From: Candidatus Electronema aureum
Lineage (GTDB): Bacteria; Desulfobacterota; Desulfobulbia; Desulfobulbales; Desulfobulbaceae
Length of the DNA stretch: 32,000 nt
Direction of reading: 5' to 3'
Assembly (NCBI GenBank): GCA_004284765.1
Contig: NQJD01000017.1
Coordinates: 17,472 to 49,471 of the forward strand
Shown: one piece after another, positions 1-9,529 of the stretch
Numbering within the stretch: position 1 is the first letter of the stretch
How the letters are laid out: the number at the start of each line of letters is the position of its first letter
Notes under the pieces: model-generated
What the model was told of the DNA's origin: nothing
Seen by the model: only the letters and a program-made list of their open reading frames with translations
Databases searched by the model: none
Program-made: the position numbers and the translations under genes

Positions 1-1
1 G

Positions 2-961
2 ATCCGCGAGGGCTTCAGCTCTATCATCACCGCGATCCGTGAGGATTCGTCTGGGGTGGTGGAGATGAAAGTGCTGAAGGAGCGGATTGAACTCTGGGAA
101 CGGCGCGATTCTACCTTGAAGCCCAAGAAGCAGCAGTTGAATTACATGCGCCAGTGCGTGAAAAAGGCAGCAGGTAAATATGCAGATCGGCGTGAACTGC
201 TGGAGCTGCATACTCGCCTGGGTGCGTATAGTCGCTCGATTGAGAACGCCAAAGATTGCATGATTCGGGCCAACCTGCGACTGGTAGTCTCGATTGCCAA
301 GCGCTACATGCACCAAGGTCTGACGTTGGCTGACTTGATTCAGGAAGGCAATCTCGGCCTGATGCGGGCGGTTTTCCGTTTTGACTACACCAAGGGCAAC
401 AAGTTCTCCACCTACGCTTCGTGGTGGATTCGGCAGGCAATCACCCGGGCGATCTTAGACAAGACTCGTACCATCCGTTTGCCTGTACATTTTTTGGAGC
501 TGCGCAGCCAGTTCTTCAAGGCCTTCTATTCTTTGCTGAAAGAGCTGGGTAGAGAGCCAACCCCGACAGAGATATCGGAGTTGACTGATTTGCCGATGGA
601 TAAGATATTAGCTATCTTAGAGGCTTCCCGTGAGCCGATCTCCTTAGAAACTCCGGTGGGTGATGACGACTCTACTCTCGGTGATTTCCTTGAGAACCAA
701 GATGCGGAATCTCCCTATGATACAGTGGAGAACCGCGAATTAGCCACCAGAGTGACAGAAGTGCTCTCCACGCTGACTGATCGCGAAGAGAAGATCATTC
801 GTCTGCGCTTTGGCATTGGTGAGAAGGCCGAGTACACCTTAGAAGAGATCGGCAAGAAGTTCAACGTCTCCCGCGAGCGCATCCGCCAGATTGAGAAGAA
901 GGCACTTAACCGGCTGCGTCACTCCAGTCGTCGGGAGAAGCTACGTTTCTTCCTCGATTAA
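2..961 (+). CDS. rpoD: RNA polymerase sigma factor, RpoD-like (sigma-70 group 1/2); the 5' end is probably outside the window
   Basis: Sigma-70 regions 2-4 are readable: [83 protein letters not shown], and C-terminal LRFFLD. There is no in-frame stop between nt 2 and the GTG at 56, and no region 1.2 is visible, so the gene likely begins upstream. Confidence 0.85.
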   Translation: MREGFSSIITAIREDSSGVVEMKVLKERIELWERRDSTLKPKKQQLNYMRQCVKKAAGKYADRRELLELHTRLGAYSRSIENAKDCMIRANLRLVVSIAKRYMHQGLTLADLIQEGNLGLMRAVFRFDYTKGNKFSTYASWWIRQAITRAILDKTRTIRLPVHFLELRSQFFKAFYSLLKELGREPTPTEISELTDLPMDKILAILEASREPISLETPVGDDDSTLGDFLENQDAESPYDTVENRELATRVTEVLSTLTDREEKIIRLRFGIGEKAEYTLEEIGKKFNVSRERIRQIEKKALNRLRHSSRREKLRFFLD

Positions 962-990
962 TTCAAGGCAACTTGCTCTTGCTGCACCTC

Positions 991-1024
991 AAGCCCCTTC
1001 TTTGGAAGGGGCTTTGCTTTTTGC
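991..1024 (+). terminator. Rho-independent terminator after the sigma factor gene
   Basis: Perfect 10-bp stem AAGCCCCTTC (991-1000) / GAAGGGGCTT (1005-1014) with loop TTTG, followed by TGCTTTTTGC. Confidence 0.7.
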
Positions 1025-1117
1025 TGGCTATTGCTGTCCACATGGTGTATTCGTTGATGAAATTAGTAACCCAAGAAAAGGCGAACACAGGGGTTCATCC
1101 CTACGGAACAGATCATC

Positions 1118-2221
1118 TTGAATGCAATAGACTCTTTCATTAAACAGGCGGGGCTGGGTGATATCTTAGCTAAAGTGCAGGCGAGCGAGCGGCTTTCACG
1201 TGAAGACGGTCTGCGGCTCTACCAATGCCCCGACCTTCTCGCTATTGGGTATCTTGCCAACCTTGTTCGCGAGCGCAAGAACGGCAACCAAGCCTTTTTC
1301 ATCTATAACCAGCATATCAATTACTCCAACATCTGCACCAACCTGTGCAAGTTCTGCGCCTTTGGCAAGGAAAAGGGGCATGAGCTGGCCTATGAGATGA
1401 GCATTGAGCAGATCAAGGACAAGGTGCGCCAACGTTTGGATGAACCGATCACTGAGATTCACATGGTTGGTGGTATTCACCCTGAGCTGCCCTATTCGTA
1501 CTACCTTGAGGCGTTACGCAGCATCAAAGCGGTGCGACCTGATGTCCATATCCAAGCCTTCACCTGTGTGGAGATTCAGCATTTGGCTGATCTGGCAGGC
1601 AAGTCCGTAGGTGAGACCTTGGAGGAGCTGAAAGAGGCAGGTCTTGGTTCGCTGCCTGGCGGCGGTGCTGAGGTCTTCAGTCCTCGCATCCGAGAGCTGA
1701 CCTGCCCGAAGAAGTTAGATGGTGCTGGCTGGCTGCGGGTAGCGCAAACCGCCCATCAGTACGGTCTGAAGACCAACGCCACCATGCTCTATGGTCACAT
1801 TGAGACCATTGACGAGCGGCTTGAGCATCTCGATGCGCTGCGGCAGGCGCAGGACGAAACCGGCGGCTTCCTCACCTTCATCCCCTTAGCCTTTCACCCG
1901 AAGAACACCGCGCTGGCTAACCTCTCCCGCACTACCGGCATAGATGACCTGAAGAACATCGCTGTGGCCCGCCTGATGTTAGATAACTTCCCGCACATCA
2001 AGGCCTATTGGGTGATGATCGGGCCAAAGTTGGCGCAGGTGGCTTTATCGTTCGGAGCGGACGACATGGACGGCACGGTGAAAGAGGAGATCATAACCCG
2101 AATGGCGGGCGGTGAAAGCGAGCAAGCCTTGGGCCACAAGACGCTGATCCGGCTAATCAAAGAAGCAGGCCGCGAGCCGGTGGAGCGCGACACGCTGTAC
2201 AAGGTGCTGGCGAGGTATTAG
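1118..2221 (+). CDS. mqnE: Radical SAM enzyme of the CofH/MqnC/MqnE family, most like aminofutalosine synthase MqnE
   Basis: Cluster motif NYSNICTNLCKFCAF is present. IHMVGG, NATMLYGHIE and FIPLAFHPKNT are patterns I associate with MqnE rather than MqnC. The TTG start at 1118 is uncertain. Confidence 0.65.
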   Translation: MNAIDSFIKQAGLGDILAKVQASERLSREDGLRLYQCPDLLAIGYLANLVRERKNGNQAFFIYNQHINYSNICTNLCKFCAFGKEKGHELAYEMSIEQIKDKVRQRLDEPITEIHMVGGIHPELPYSYYLEALRSIKAVRPDVHIQAFTCVEIQHLADLAGKSVGETLEELKEAGLGSLPGGGAEVFSPRIRELTCPKKLDGAGWLRVAQTAHQYGLKTNATMLYGHIETIDERLEHLDALRQAQDETGGFLTFIPLAFHPKNTALANLSRTTGIDDLKNIAVARLMLDNFPHIKAYWVMIGPKLAQVALSFGADDMDGTVKEEIITRMAGGESEQALGHKTLIRLIKEAGREPVERDTLYKVLARY

Positions 2222-2267
2222 ACCTCTTGCATAATTCTATGTAGGCAAACATCAAAGGAGAACGATC

Positions 2268-2660
2268 ATGGTACAACAAGGAACGCACAGCGTGGTAATG
2301 GGCTACATCCTCTGGTTCTTCGGCTTCCTCGGCGTACACCGCTTCTACTACGGCAAGCCGATCTCTGGCACCATCTGGTTCTTCACCTTGGGACTCTGCG
2401 GCATCGGCTGGCTGGTTGATCTCTTCCTGATTCCTAGCATGGATCGAGAGGCTGATCTTCGCTTTACGCCTGGAGCCAAGGATTACAACGCCGCATGGCT
2501 GCTACTGGTTTTTCTCGGTATATTCGGCGCACACCGCATGTACATGGGCAAGTGGTTAAGTGGCTTCCTCTATTTTTTTACTGGAGGGATATTTCTATTG
2601 GGTTATTTGTATGATCTATGGACGCTGAATGATCAGCTCACCATGATCAATGCAGGATGA
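2268..2660 (+). CDS. TM2 domain-containing membrane protein (two TM2 repeats)
   Basis: There are two copies of the TM2 signature: GYILWFFGFLGVHRFYYGK...GWLVDLFLIP and LLLVFLGIFGAHRMYMGK...GYLYDLWTL. An AAGGAGAA SD lies upstream of ATG 2268. Confidence 0.75.
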   Translation: MVQQGTHSVVMGYILWFFGFLGVHRFYYGKPISGTIWFFTLGLCGIGWLVDLFLIPSMDREADLRFTPGAKDYNAAWLLLVFLGIFGAHRMYMGKWLSGFLYFFTGGIFLLGYLYDLWTLNDQLTMINAG

Positions 2661-2666
2661 TGTATC

Positions 2667-3716
2667 ATGCAGCAGATAATAAAACTGGTGTTGGCAGGCC
2701 GTCGCATGAGCGGCAATGACTTCCTCAAGCTGGCAGCAGAGGCCGACCTTTACCAGCTCGGCTTTCTCGCCAATGCAGTACGGAAGAGGCTCCACCCGGA
2801 GGCCAAGGTCACCTATGTTATTGACCGCAACATCAACTACACCGACATCTGCATCTCTGCCTGCAAATTCTGCGCTTTCTTCAAAGCACCTGATGATCTA
2901 CAGGGCAGTGTCCTGAGCAAGGAAGAGCTGCTGACCAAGATCAGGGAAACGCAGGCACTGGGTGGCACGCAGATACTCCTGCAAGGTGGACTGCATCCTG
3001 AGCTGCCGCTCTCCTTCTACGAGGACATGCTGCGGACGATGAAGGCGACTGGTATTCACATCCACGGCTTCTCGCCGCCAGAGGTCTGCCACTTCAGTCA
3101 ACTCTCTGGTCTGTCTGTGCGGGCGGTACTGGAGCGACTGCGGGCGGCGGGCTTAGACTCTATCCCCGGTGGTGGTGCGGAAATTCTCTCTGACCGAGTG
3201 CGGCAGCAGCTTGCGCCCCGCAAATGCTCGGCAGACCAGTGGATAGCTGTGATGGAAGAAGCGCACCGACAGGGGATGCGTACCACCGCCACCATGATGT
3301 TTGGCCACATTGAAACTTGGGAGGAACGCTTAGAGCATCTGGAGCGACTGCGGGCCTTGCAAGACCGCACCGGTGGTTTCACGGCCTTTATCCCTTGGCC
3401 TTTCCAACCAGACAACACGGCGTTGGCCGAGACGGAGAAGACTACCGGCCTTGCTTATCTACGGATGCTGGCTCTCTGCCGGATATACCTTGACAACGTC
3501 GCCAATCTTCAGGCATCATGGGTAACACAAGGGCCGAAGATTGCCCAGCTCTCCCTCTTCTTTGGGGCCAACGACTTTGGATCAACTATGATTGAAGAAA
3601 ACGTGGTCGCCGCCGCAGGTGTACGCTTTCGCCTTTCTGAACAGGAAATACGCCACTTGGTCACAGATGCTGGGTTCAGGCCAGAGCAACGGCTAATGGA
3701 CTACAGCCCAGCATGA
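2667..3716 (+). CDS. mqnC: Radical SAM enzyme of the CofH/MqnC/MqnE family, most like cyclic dehypoxanthinyl futalosine synthase MqnC
   Basis: Motifs NYTDICISACKFCAF, QILLQGGLHPELPL, TATMMFGHIETWEERLEHL and FIPWPFQPDNT fit the pattern I associate with MqnC. Confidence 0.65.
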   Translation: MQQIIKLVLAGRRMSGNDFLKLAAEADLYQLGFLANAVRKRLHPEAKVTYVIDRNINYTDICISACKFCAFFKAPDDLQGSVLSKEELLTKIRETQALGGTQILLQGGLHPELPLSFYEDMLRTMKATGIHIHGFSPPEVCHFSQLSGLSVRAVLERLRAAGLDSIPGGGAEILSDRVRQQLAPRKCSADQWIAVMEEAHRQGMRTTATMMFGHIETWEERLEHLERLRALQDRTGGFTAFIPWPFQPDNTALAETEKTTGLAYLRMLALCRIYLDNVANLQASWVTQGPKIAQLSLFFGANDFGSTMIEENVVAAAGVRFRLSEQEIRHLVTDAGFRPEQRLMDYSPA

Positions 3717-4939
3717 ATCCGCCGCTGGCTGTCCACCGCGCGCCTTGGCTGCTGCCGATCAGCCAACCGCCTATTGCGGACGGTGGCTTAGTCATAAGCA
3801 ACGGTAAACTGCTGGCTGTAGGGCGTTTCCGCGACATTGTTCGTAGCCATCCGGGCGTAGCAGTGATAGATCATCCCGATGTGCTGTTCCTGCCTGGTCT
3901 GATCAACGCCCACACCCACCTTGAATTATCCCATCTCGCCCATCTCGCCAAGCTCCCCGCGCCTGCTTCTTTCACCGAATGGATCATCCTCCTCATTGCT
4001 GAACGAGCTAAGGCCGCAGGAGACCCTGAGGCGGAAGGAAAACGCATTGCCACCGCCGCCCGAGCTGTCCTTGCTGCACAACAGCAGCATGGTGTGGTGG
4101 CAATTGCCGACATCAGCAACACCGGTCTCTGTAGTAGTCTTGGAAATGAGTTTAAAGGCAGGCTGCTTTGTTTCAGTGAATATCTACGCTTGCGGGCGGA
4201 TGCGGTCAACGCGGCGTTGCTCCGGTTGCACGCCGAGCCTGACAGTAATTACTGCACCGGCCATGCTCCGTATTCGACGCATGTTGACCTGCTGCGTGGC
4301 CTCAAGGCGCGGGCAAACCGACTTGGACACGTCTTTCCTATCCACATCGCTGAATCGTCAGCAGAGATTGAGCTGCTTCGTTCCGGTGGTGGCGAGTTAC
4401 GCGACTTCCTTGAGCATCGAGGTCTGTGGGATGATACCCTGCCTTTAGGCGAAGGCGGTGCGGTGAACTACCTACATCGTCACGGCCTGTTAGACAGAAG
4501 AACGCTCTGCATCCATTGTGTGCATATCGTTGGGGAGGAGATTGACCTGCTGGCGAAGTTCGGGGCCAAGGTCTGCCTCTGTCCAGGCAGCAACGCCTAT
4601 CTCGGCGTGGACAGCGCACCGGTAGAGTTGCTTCTGCGCAGGGGCATCCTGCCTGCACTTGGCACTGACAGCTTGGCCAGCAATCCAGAACTGTCGATCT
4701 GGCGGGAAATGCGTATCTTGGCAGCACTGCACCCAGCTCTCTCCCCGGCAAACCTGCTGGCAATGGCTACCTTAGGCGGGGCTAATGCGCTGGGCTTGGC
4801 AGACCGGCTCGGCACCTTAGAACCTAGCAAAGACGCAGCAGTGTTAGCCATTGAGCTGCGCGCCCCTGCCCGCACCGCAGGAGAGGTACAAGAGCAACTG
4901 ATTCAACAGGGCGGCGGCTGTCGATTGCATCGCCTGTAA
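3713..4939 (+). CDS. Metal-dependent amidohydrolase (chlorohydrolase/deaminase family); candidate aminodeoxyfutalosine deaminase by context
   Basis: Amidohydrolase motifs LPGLINAHTHLELS, IHIAES, IHCVH and LGTDS are present. The start overlaps the mqnC-like stop (ATGA). The substrate assignment is an inference from operon context. Confidence 0.6.
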   Translation: MNPPLAVHRAPWLLPISQPPIADGGLVISNGKLLAVGRFRDIVRSHPGVAVIDHPDVLFLPGLINAHTHLELSHLAHLAKLPAPASFTEWIILLIAERAKAAGDPEAEGKRIATAARAVLAAQQQHGVVAIADISNTGLCSSLGNEFKGRLLCFSEYLRLRADAVNAALLRLHAEPDSNYCTGHAPYSTHVDLLRGLKARANRLGHVFPIHIAESSAEIELLRSGGGELRDFLEHRGLWDDTLPLGEGGAVNYLHRHGLLDRRTLCIHCVHIVGEEIDLLAKFGAKVCLCPGSNAYLGVDSAPVELLLRRGILPALGTDSLASNPELSIWREMRILAALHPALSPANLLAMATLGGANALGLADRLGTLEPSKDAAVLAIELRAPARTAGEVQEQLIQQGGGCRLHRL

Positions 4940-4957
4940 CGTGCCGTCCTCTACAGT

Positions 4958-6034
4958 TTACTTCTTCCCGCAACCGCAGGAGTTTTCCTCCTTCTTTGCC
5001 CTGCCGAACCAGTGCTTACAGGTGTTCAGCAGCGGTCGCACCGACAAAGCCAGCAACAGCAAGGTAGCAGCCAGCATCACCCAGTGCGGCAGCATTGCGC
5101 CGTGCTTACCCACCACTGCTGCTGCCTTGATGCCGAGCGAAAGATAGATCGCATCCACAATCAGGCCGCAAAGAACGCTGACCACGGCGATAGAAAGCAG
5201 GTACAGCGCGGTTGCTCGCTTGCCCAGCATACCGATGAGCACGAACAGCGAGGTGACATTGGTGGCCGGGCCAGTGAGCAGAAAGACCAAGGCCGTGCCG
5301 GGACTGACTCCTTTGAGGATGAACGCAGCGGCAATCGGGGTGGATGCAGAAGCGCAGATGTAAAGGGGAATGCCGAAAACCAGCATCAGGAGCATTGAGG
5401 AAAAGCCACCGCCCAGCCACGAGGCAAAGATTTCATCTGGCACCAAGACGGTGATGAACCCGGCAGCAATGATACCGGTGAAAAACCAGCCTACGATGTC
5501 TGGCCACAGATCGTTGACCGTGTAGCTGAGGCCCGTCTTCAGCTTGCTGAAGAAACTCAGCGGGGCAGCAGTTGAGGCCATCGGAAAAGGCGAGGTCTGC
5601 TGCTCTGACGGGGTATGCGGGAAGGAAATAGAGTTCTCCAACAGCCCAGCCACAGCAGCGGAGATAAAGGCTGAGACCGGGCGGGCGACGGTCATGATGG
5701 GATCGAGCAAGGCCCAGGTCATGGAAATGGAATCAATCCCAGATTCTGGGGTGGAGATCAGAAAGGCTGTGACCGCGCCGTTGTTTGCACCCTGTTTCTT
5801 GAGCGTGGCAGCAGCGGGCAGCACCCCGCAGGAGCAAAGCGGGATAGGAATGCCGAGCAAGGCTGCCTTAAACACCGAGCTAAAGCGGCCTTTGCCGAGA
5901 TGCGCAGCCACATAGGCGGGCGAGAGAAAGGTCTTGAGCAATCCGCCGACCAGCAGACCAAAGAGAATGTAAAAGGCAGACTGGTTGAGCAAGAGCCACG
6001 ATGCCTGAAGCACGTTGTACAAAAAGGAAAGCAT
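4958..6034 (-). CDS. DUF318/ArsP-type permease (SO_0444-like putative metal efflux family) with a C-terminal Cys-rich tail
   Basis: Polytopic membrane protein with GIPIPLCSCGVLPAAATL and STPESGIDS motifs and a C-terminal CGCGKK. The start is moved to ATG 6034 (MLSFLYNV) because the upstream 63 codons of the track ORF are Arg/Cys-rich and not membrane-like. Confidence 0.6.
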   Translation of the reverse strand: MLSFLYNVLQASWLLLNQSAFYILFGLLVGGLLKTFLSPAYVAAHLGKGRFSSVFKAALLGIPIPLCSCGVLPAAATLKKQGANNGAVTAFLISTPESGIDSISMTWALLDPIMTVARPVSAFISAAVAGLLENSISFPHTPSEQQTSPFPMASTAAPLSFFSKLKTGLSYTVNDLWPDIVGWFFTGIIAAGFITVLVPDEIFASWLGGGFSSMLLMLVFGIPLYICASASTPIAAAFILKGVSPGTALVFLLTGPATNVTSLFVLIGMLGKRATALYLLSIAVVSVLCGLIVDAIYLSLGIKAAAVVGKHGAMLPHWVMLAATLLLLALSVRPLLNTCKHWFGRAKKEENSCGCGKK

Positions 6035-6060
6035 GATTTCGCCTTGAAAAAGAAGGGACG

Positions 6061-6077
6061 GGGAACACGGTGTTCCC
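6061..6077. promoter_or_regulatory. 17-bp palindrome GGGAACAC-G-GTGTTCCC; candidate operator at the permease promoter
   Basis: Perfect 8-bp arms (6061-6068 and 6070-6077). It lies just downstream of the candidate -10 of the minus-strand promoter and 27-43 nt upstream of the permease ATG. Confidence 0.4.
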
Positions 6078-6080
6078 GGA

Positions 6081-6109
6081 TATAAACGCAGTCGGCTACT
6101 TCCTGTCAA
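6081..6109 (-). promoter_or_regulatory. Candidate sigma-70 promoter for the permease gene
   Basis: On the minus strand: TTGACA (6109-6104), a 17-nt spacer, then TTTATA (6086-6081). Confidence 0.4.
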
Positions 6110-6149
6110 TGCAGAAATTTCTCGGCAGTCACAGCGTGTTCTGCTCTGC

Positions 6150-6178
6150 TTGACAGGTAGCGGCAAATCACGTACATT
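6150..6178 (+). promoter_or_regulatory. Candidate sigma-70 promoter for the tat operon
   Basis: TTGACA (6150-6155), a 17-nt spacer, then TACATT (6173-6178), 64 nt upstream of the tatB-like ATG. Confidence 0.4.
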
Positions 6179-6241
6179 CCTTTGTCGATATTTTCTTCCC
6201 CGCTCCATTCCGCAGCAGAACAATCAACCCAAGAAAACGCG

Positions 6242-6697
6242 ATGTTCGGTATAGGTTTCCCTGAAATGATCATCATTCTGATCGTGGCATTGGTCGTAGT
6301 CGGGCCAGATAAGCTGCCTGATTTGGCCCGCTCTTTAGCCAAAGGCGTAAATGAGCTGCGCGGTGCAATGAATCAGATCAAGGAAAGCCTGAACGAAGAA
6401 ACCAAGGTGATCAGTTCGGTGAAGGAGGATTTACGCAAGACTGCTGGACAGATGAAAGATGATCTGCTCAAGGATAACATAGGTGGGCCGCGCCGAATGC
6501 CGAGTGAGGATACACTGATTGAAATGGAGGCTGATCTGGCTGAAGCCGCAGGTCCGCGTCCTTGGGAGCAGGATGACCACCAAGAAACGACGAAGGAAGC
6601 TATTGTTGACAGCGCGTCTGCCCCTGCCGAAGAGGAAAACGTTGCGCCAGCGGAAGAGCGGATCATGGGAAAGAATCCTGCTGCCCCTGTTGTATGA
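6242..6697 (+). CDS. tatB: Twin-arginine translocase TatA/TatB family protein (TatB-like by length)
   Basis: N-terminus MFGIGFPEMIIILIVALVVVGPDKLPDLARSLAKG, followed by an amphipathic helix and an acidic tail. The start is moved to ATG 6242. The stop overlaps the tatC start. Confidence 0.7.
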   Translation: MFGIGFPEMIIILIVALVVVGPDKLPDLARSLAKGVNELRGAMNQIKESLNEETKVISSVKEDLRKTAGQMKDDLLKDNIGGPRRMPSEDTLIEMEADLAEAAGPRPWEQDDHQETTKEAIVDSASAPAEEENVAPAEERIMGKNPAAPVV

Positions 6698-7428
6698 TTT
6701 CTGTTTTAGAACAGCTCCGGCCCCATCACGAGGAGCTGCGAAAACGGCTATTAGTCTCTATCGCCGTGGTTGCTGCCTGTTCTGGCGTGGCATGGTTGTT
6801 CATCGACCAATTAACCGCCCTTTGCATTAGTCCACTGCTGAGGGCTGCCCCAGAGATGGGAAAATTAGTCTATACCAAGCTAACCGACGCATTCATCTCC
6901 TACCTCAAGTTAACTTTGATAGTCGGTATTACCGCCAGTTTCCCCTTTTTGCTCTATCAAGCGTGGATGTTTGCCGCACCAGGTCTGCTCGCCGATGAAA
7001 AACGGATAGCCCAGCGGATCATCTTTTGGTCAACTGGATTGTTTGTTGCTGGTGCCTTGTTCTCCTTCTTTATTGTCCTGCCGCAAACGCTGGCCTTTTT
7101 TATGAGCTATACGGGCGAGAACCTCCAGCCTATGCTCAAGATTAGCCTTTACCTCACCTTTGTTGCCCGTATGGTGCTGGCGTTCGCCGCTGCCTTTGAA
7201 ATCCCCTTTCTGATGGTTATGGCTGCTGCTGCCGGATTGGTGCGTCGCGATCACTTCACCAGCAAACGCAAATTTTTCTACATCGCTATTGTCGTGCTGT
7301 CCTTCCTACTTGCAGCAGGCGACCTCACCGCTACCGTGCTGTTAGCTTTGCCGCTGTTCGGGTTATATGAAGCCGGGATTGTTGCAGTGCGGATCTTTAG
7401 TCACAAGAAAGAAGAGGCAGCTCTGTAG
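6694..7428 (+). CDS. tatC: Twin-arginine translocase subunit TatC
   Basis: Six-TM protein of typical TatC size (244 aa). It has an N-terminal HHEELRKRLL-type segment and an ATGA overlap with the preceding tat gene. Confidence 0.85.
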   Translation: MISVLEQLRPHHEELRKRLLVSIAVVAACSGVAWLFIDQLTALCISPLLRAAPEMGKLVYTKLTDAFISYLKLTLIVGITASFPFLLYQAWMFAAPGLLADEKRIAQRIIFWSTGLFVAGALFSFFIVLPQTLAFFMSYTGENLQPMLKISLYLTFVARMVLAFAAAFEIPFLMVMAAAAGLVRRDHFTSKRKFFYIAIVVLSFLLAAGDLTATVLLALPLFGLYEAGIVAVRIFSHKKEEAAL

Positions 7429-7450
7429 GATTTCTGTCTTTTTGAGAATA

Positions 7451-9301
7451 TCAAACATGTTCACTGTTCTTCCAGAGCAGATAAATATACAACGACCAGA
7501 GTCGGTAGCCGTGATCGCGCTGGCCTTGGCGGTGCTGGCGCAGCAAGCTGAGGGCCTCTGCCGCGTTGATCGGGCCGCTGTCCTTGGCCAGCAGCTCTTC
7601 AAATTCCCTCCCCAAATCCTGCCGGAACCAGTCGTGAATCGGCACGCCGAAGCCTTGCTTGCGCCGATTCCAGATATTCGCAGGCAAGAGGTCGGCAAAA
7701 GCCCTTCGCAGCATCTTTTTACCACTCAGACCAGAGCGGTGCCAGCTCCGAGGCAGCGAGAAGGCCAGCTCCACCACGTCACGATCTAAGAAAGGCGCGC
7801 GCGTCTCCAAGGAACAGCCCATCGAAGCCCGATCCACCTTGACTAAGATATCCTGCGGTAGATAAATCAGGGCATCAGCGGCCATCATCCGCTGAATGTC
7901 GTCAGCATTCGCTTCCGCTGGGATGAGCGGCGGCTGGTGTCCTCGCTCACTCAGAATAGGAAAGAGACGATTGCGCTGCGCTTGCGGATACAGCACCGGT
8001 GCGAAATAAGGGGTCTCTTCCTCAATCCGATTGATGATGTCTTGGAATAAATGCGCTTTCTTGATCAGCGAGCGGCTGTGATGAGCCATCGGCTCTGGCA
8101 TCGCCCGGATGATTTTTTCTACGCCTGAGCGCAATGCTTTAGGCAGGCGCAGATACCAGCGCAGAATGGTGCGGGCCTGATAGCGCTGATAGCCGCTGAA
8201 CAGCTCGTCACCGCCGTCGCCAGACAGGGCCACCTTGACCTTGGAGGCAGCGAGCTGCGAGACCATGAAGGTGGGCAAGAGCGAGGAGTCAGCAAAGGGC
8301 TGGCCGACGTTGTTGAGGATGAGGCTGGTTAACTGCGCCCGATCCCAGCTTTCCAAAACTCGAACGTGGTGATCAGTGCCGCGCTGGGTGGCGATCTGCC
8401 CGGCAAATTCGCGCTCATCGTAGGAACGCTCCTGAAAGCCGATGGTGAAGGTCTTGGGCAGCACGCCCAGCTCGGCGCACATGATCGACACCACCAGCGA
8501 GGAATCCACCCCACCAGAAAGAAAGGCTCCGACTTCCACATCTGCGACCATCCGTCGCTTCACCGCCCGAATCAGCTTCATCCGAAGTTCCGCTGCTGCA
8601 TCTTCTTTGCTGCCTTGGAAGGTGCGGATTTGCAGCGACCAATAGGGTTGTTCCGCGCATGTTTTCCTCGGCGACCAGTCGAGCAGATGACCGGGTAGCA
8701 GTTCTCGCACGCCCTGATAAGCCGTGGTGCCGGGCAGATAGTAGCCGTGGCGGAAGAAATCTGCGCTGGAATCCATATCCTCAGCCCAAGGCCACCCGGC
8801 CAGCCGCTTCAGCGTGGGTAACTCTGAAGCACAGGCAAGAAAGCCACCTTCCTCCTGATAATAGAGCGGTTTCTTGCCCATGCGGTCGCGGCAGAGGAGC
8901 AGGCGTTGCGCCACGTTGTCCCAGAGAGCAAATGCCCACATGCCTTCCATCCGGTCAATGAAAGACGTGCCGACCGTGACCAGCCCAGCCAACAGCACCT
9001 CAGTGTCGCCGTGGGTCTGAAATTGCCAGTGTGCCTCTAAATCAGGCCGCAGCTCTTGGTAGTTATATATCTCCCCGTTGAAGCTGAGGACATAGCGTCC
9101 GTCCGGGCTAATCATCGGCTGAATGCTACCGCTCTGGTCAATGATTGACAGGCGGCGATGGCCGATGCTGATGCTTGGCCCCTGCCAGAGGCCGTCGTCA
9201 TCCGGCCCACGATGCTGCATGGCCTTCAGAGCTGCCCGCATTCTGGCCTGATGCTCGTCAACGGTGATCCTTTCGTCATACAGCAGGGCGATGCCGCACA
9301 T
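7451..9301 (-). CDS. asnB: Asparagine synthase (glutamine-hydrolysing), AsnB family
   Basis: The start is moved to MCGIALLYD (N-terminal nucleophile Cys after Met; GGAG SD 9 nt upstream). The Ntn amidotransferase domain is followed by the PP-loop SGGVDSS. Confidence 0.85.
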   Translation of the reverse strand: MCGIALLYDERITVDEHQARMRAALKAMQHRGPDDDGLWQGPSISIGHRRLSIIDQSGSIQPMISPDGRYVLSFNGEIYNYQELRPDLEAHWQFQTHGDTEVLLAGLVTVGTSFIDRMEGMWAFALWDNVAQRLLLCRDRMGKKPLYYQEEGGFLACASELPTLKRLAGWPWAEDMDSSADFFRHGYYLPGTTAYQGVRELLPGHLLDWSPRKTCAEQPYWSLQIRTFQGSKEDAAAELRMKLIRAVKRRMVADVEVGAFLSGGVDSSLVVSIMCAELGVLPKTFTIGFQERSYDEREFAGQIATQRGTDHHVRVLESWDRAQLTSLILNNVGQPFADSSLLPTFMVSQLAASKVKVALSGDGGDELFSGYQRYQARTILRWYLRLPKALRSGVEKIIRAMPEPMAHHSRSLIKKAHLFQDIINRIEEETPYFAPVLYPQAQRNRLFPILSERGHQPPLIPAEANADDIQRMMAADALIYLPQDILVKVDRASMGCSLETRAPFLDRDVVELAFSLPRSWHRSGLSGKKMLRRAFADLLPANIWNRRKQGFGVPIHDWFRQDLGREFEELLAKDSGPINAAEALSLLRQHRQGQRDHGYRLWSLYIYLLWKNSEHV

Positions 9302-9529
9302 GGTTGTGGCTCCAGTCAAATAAAATGAGATGTACTTAGGTGTTCCAAGTTCCGTGAGATTTTCTTGACTGTCATATAGAAGAGACAATTTGTCAAGAAT
9401 GCTCCGCTCTCTTTCACCAAGCACCTTCTGTCTTGAGCGGGAGATCAAGGAACTTGACGCATCATGTCAGAAAAAATGTTCAACCCAGCCCTGCATGGAG
9501 CTTGACACGAACAACACAGTATCTACTGT

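Noticed and set aside
111-440. Numerous 60-130-aa ORFs nested within or antisense to the annotated genes across the track, for example 111-440, 1196-1480, 2716-2916 and 12440-12811.
   Set aside because: They overlap stronger genes in other frames and lack SD sequences and any recognisable motifs. This is the background expected in GC-rich DNA.
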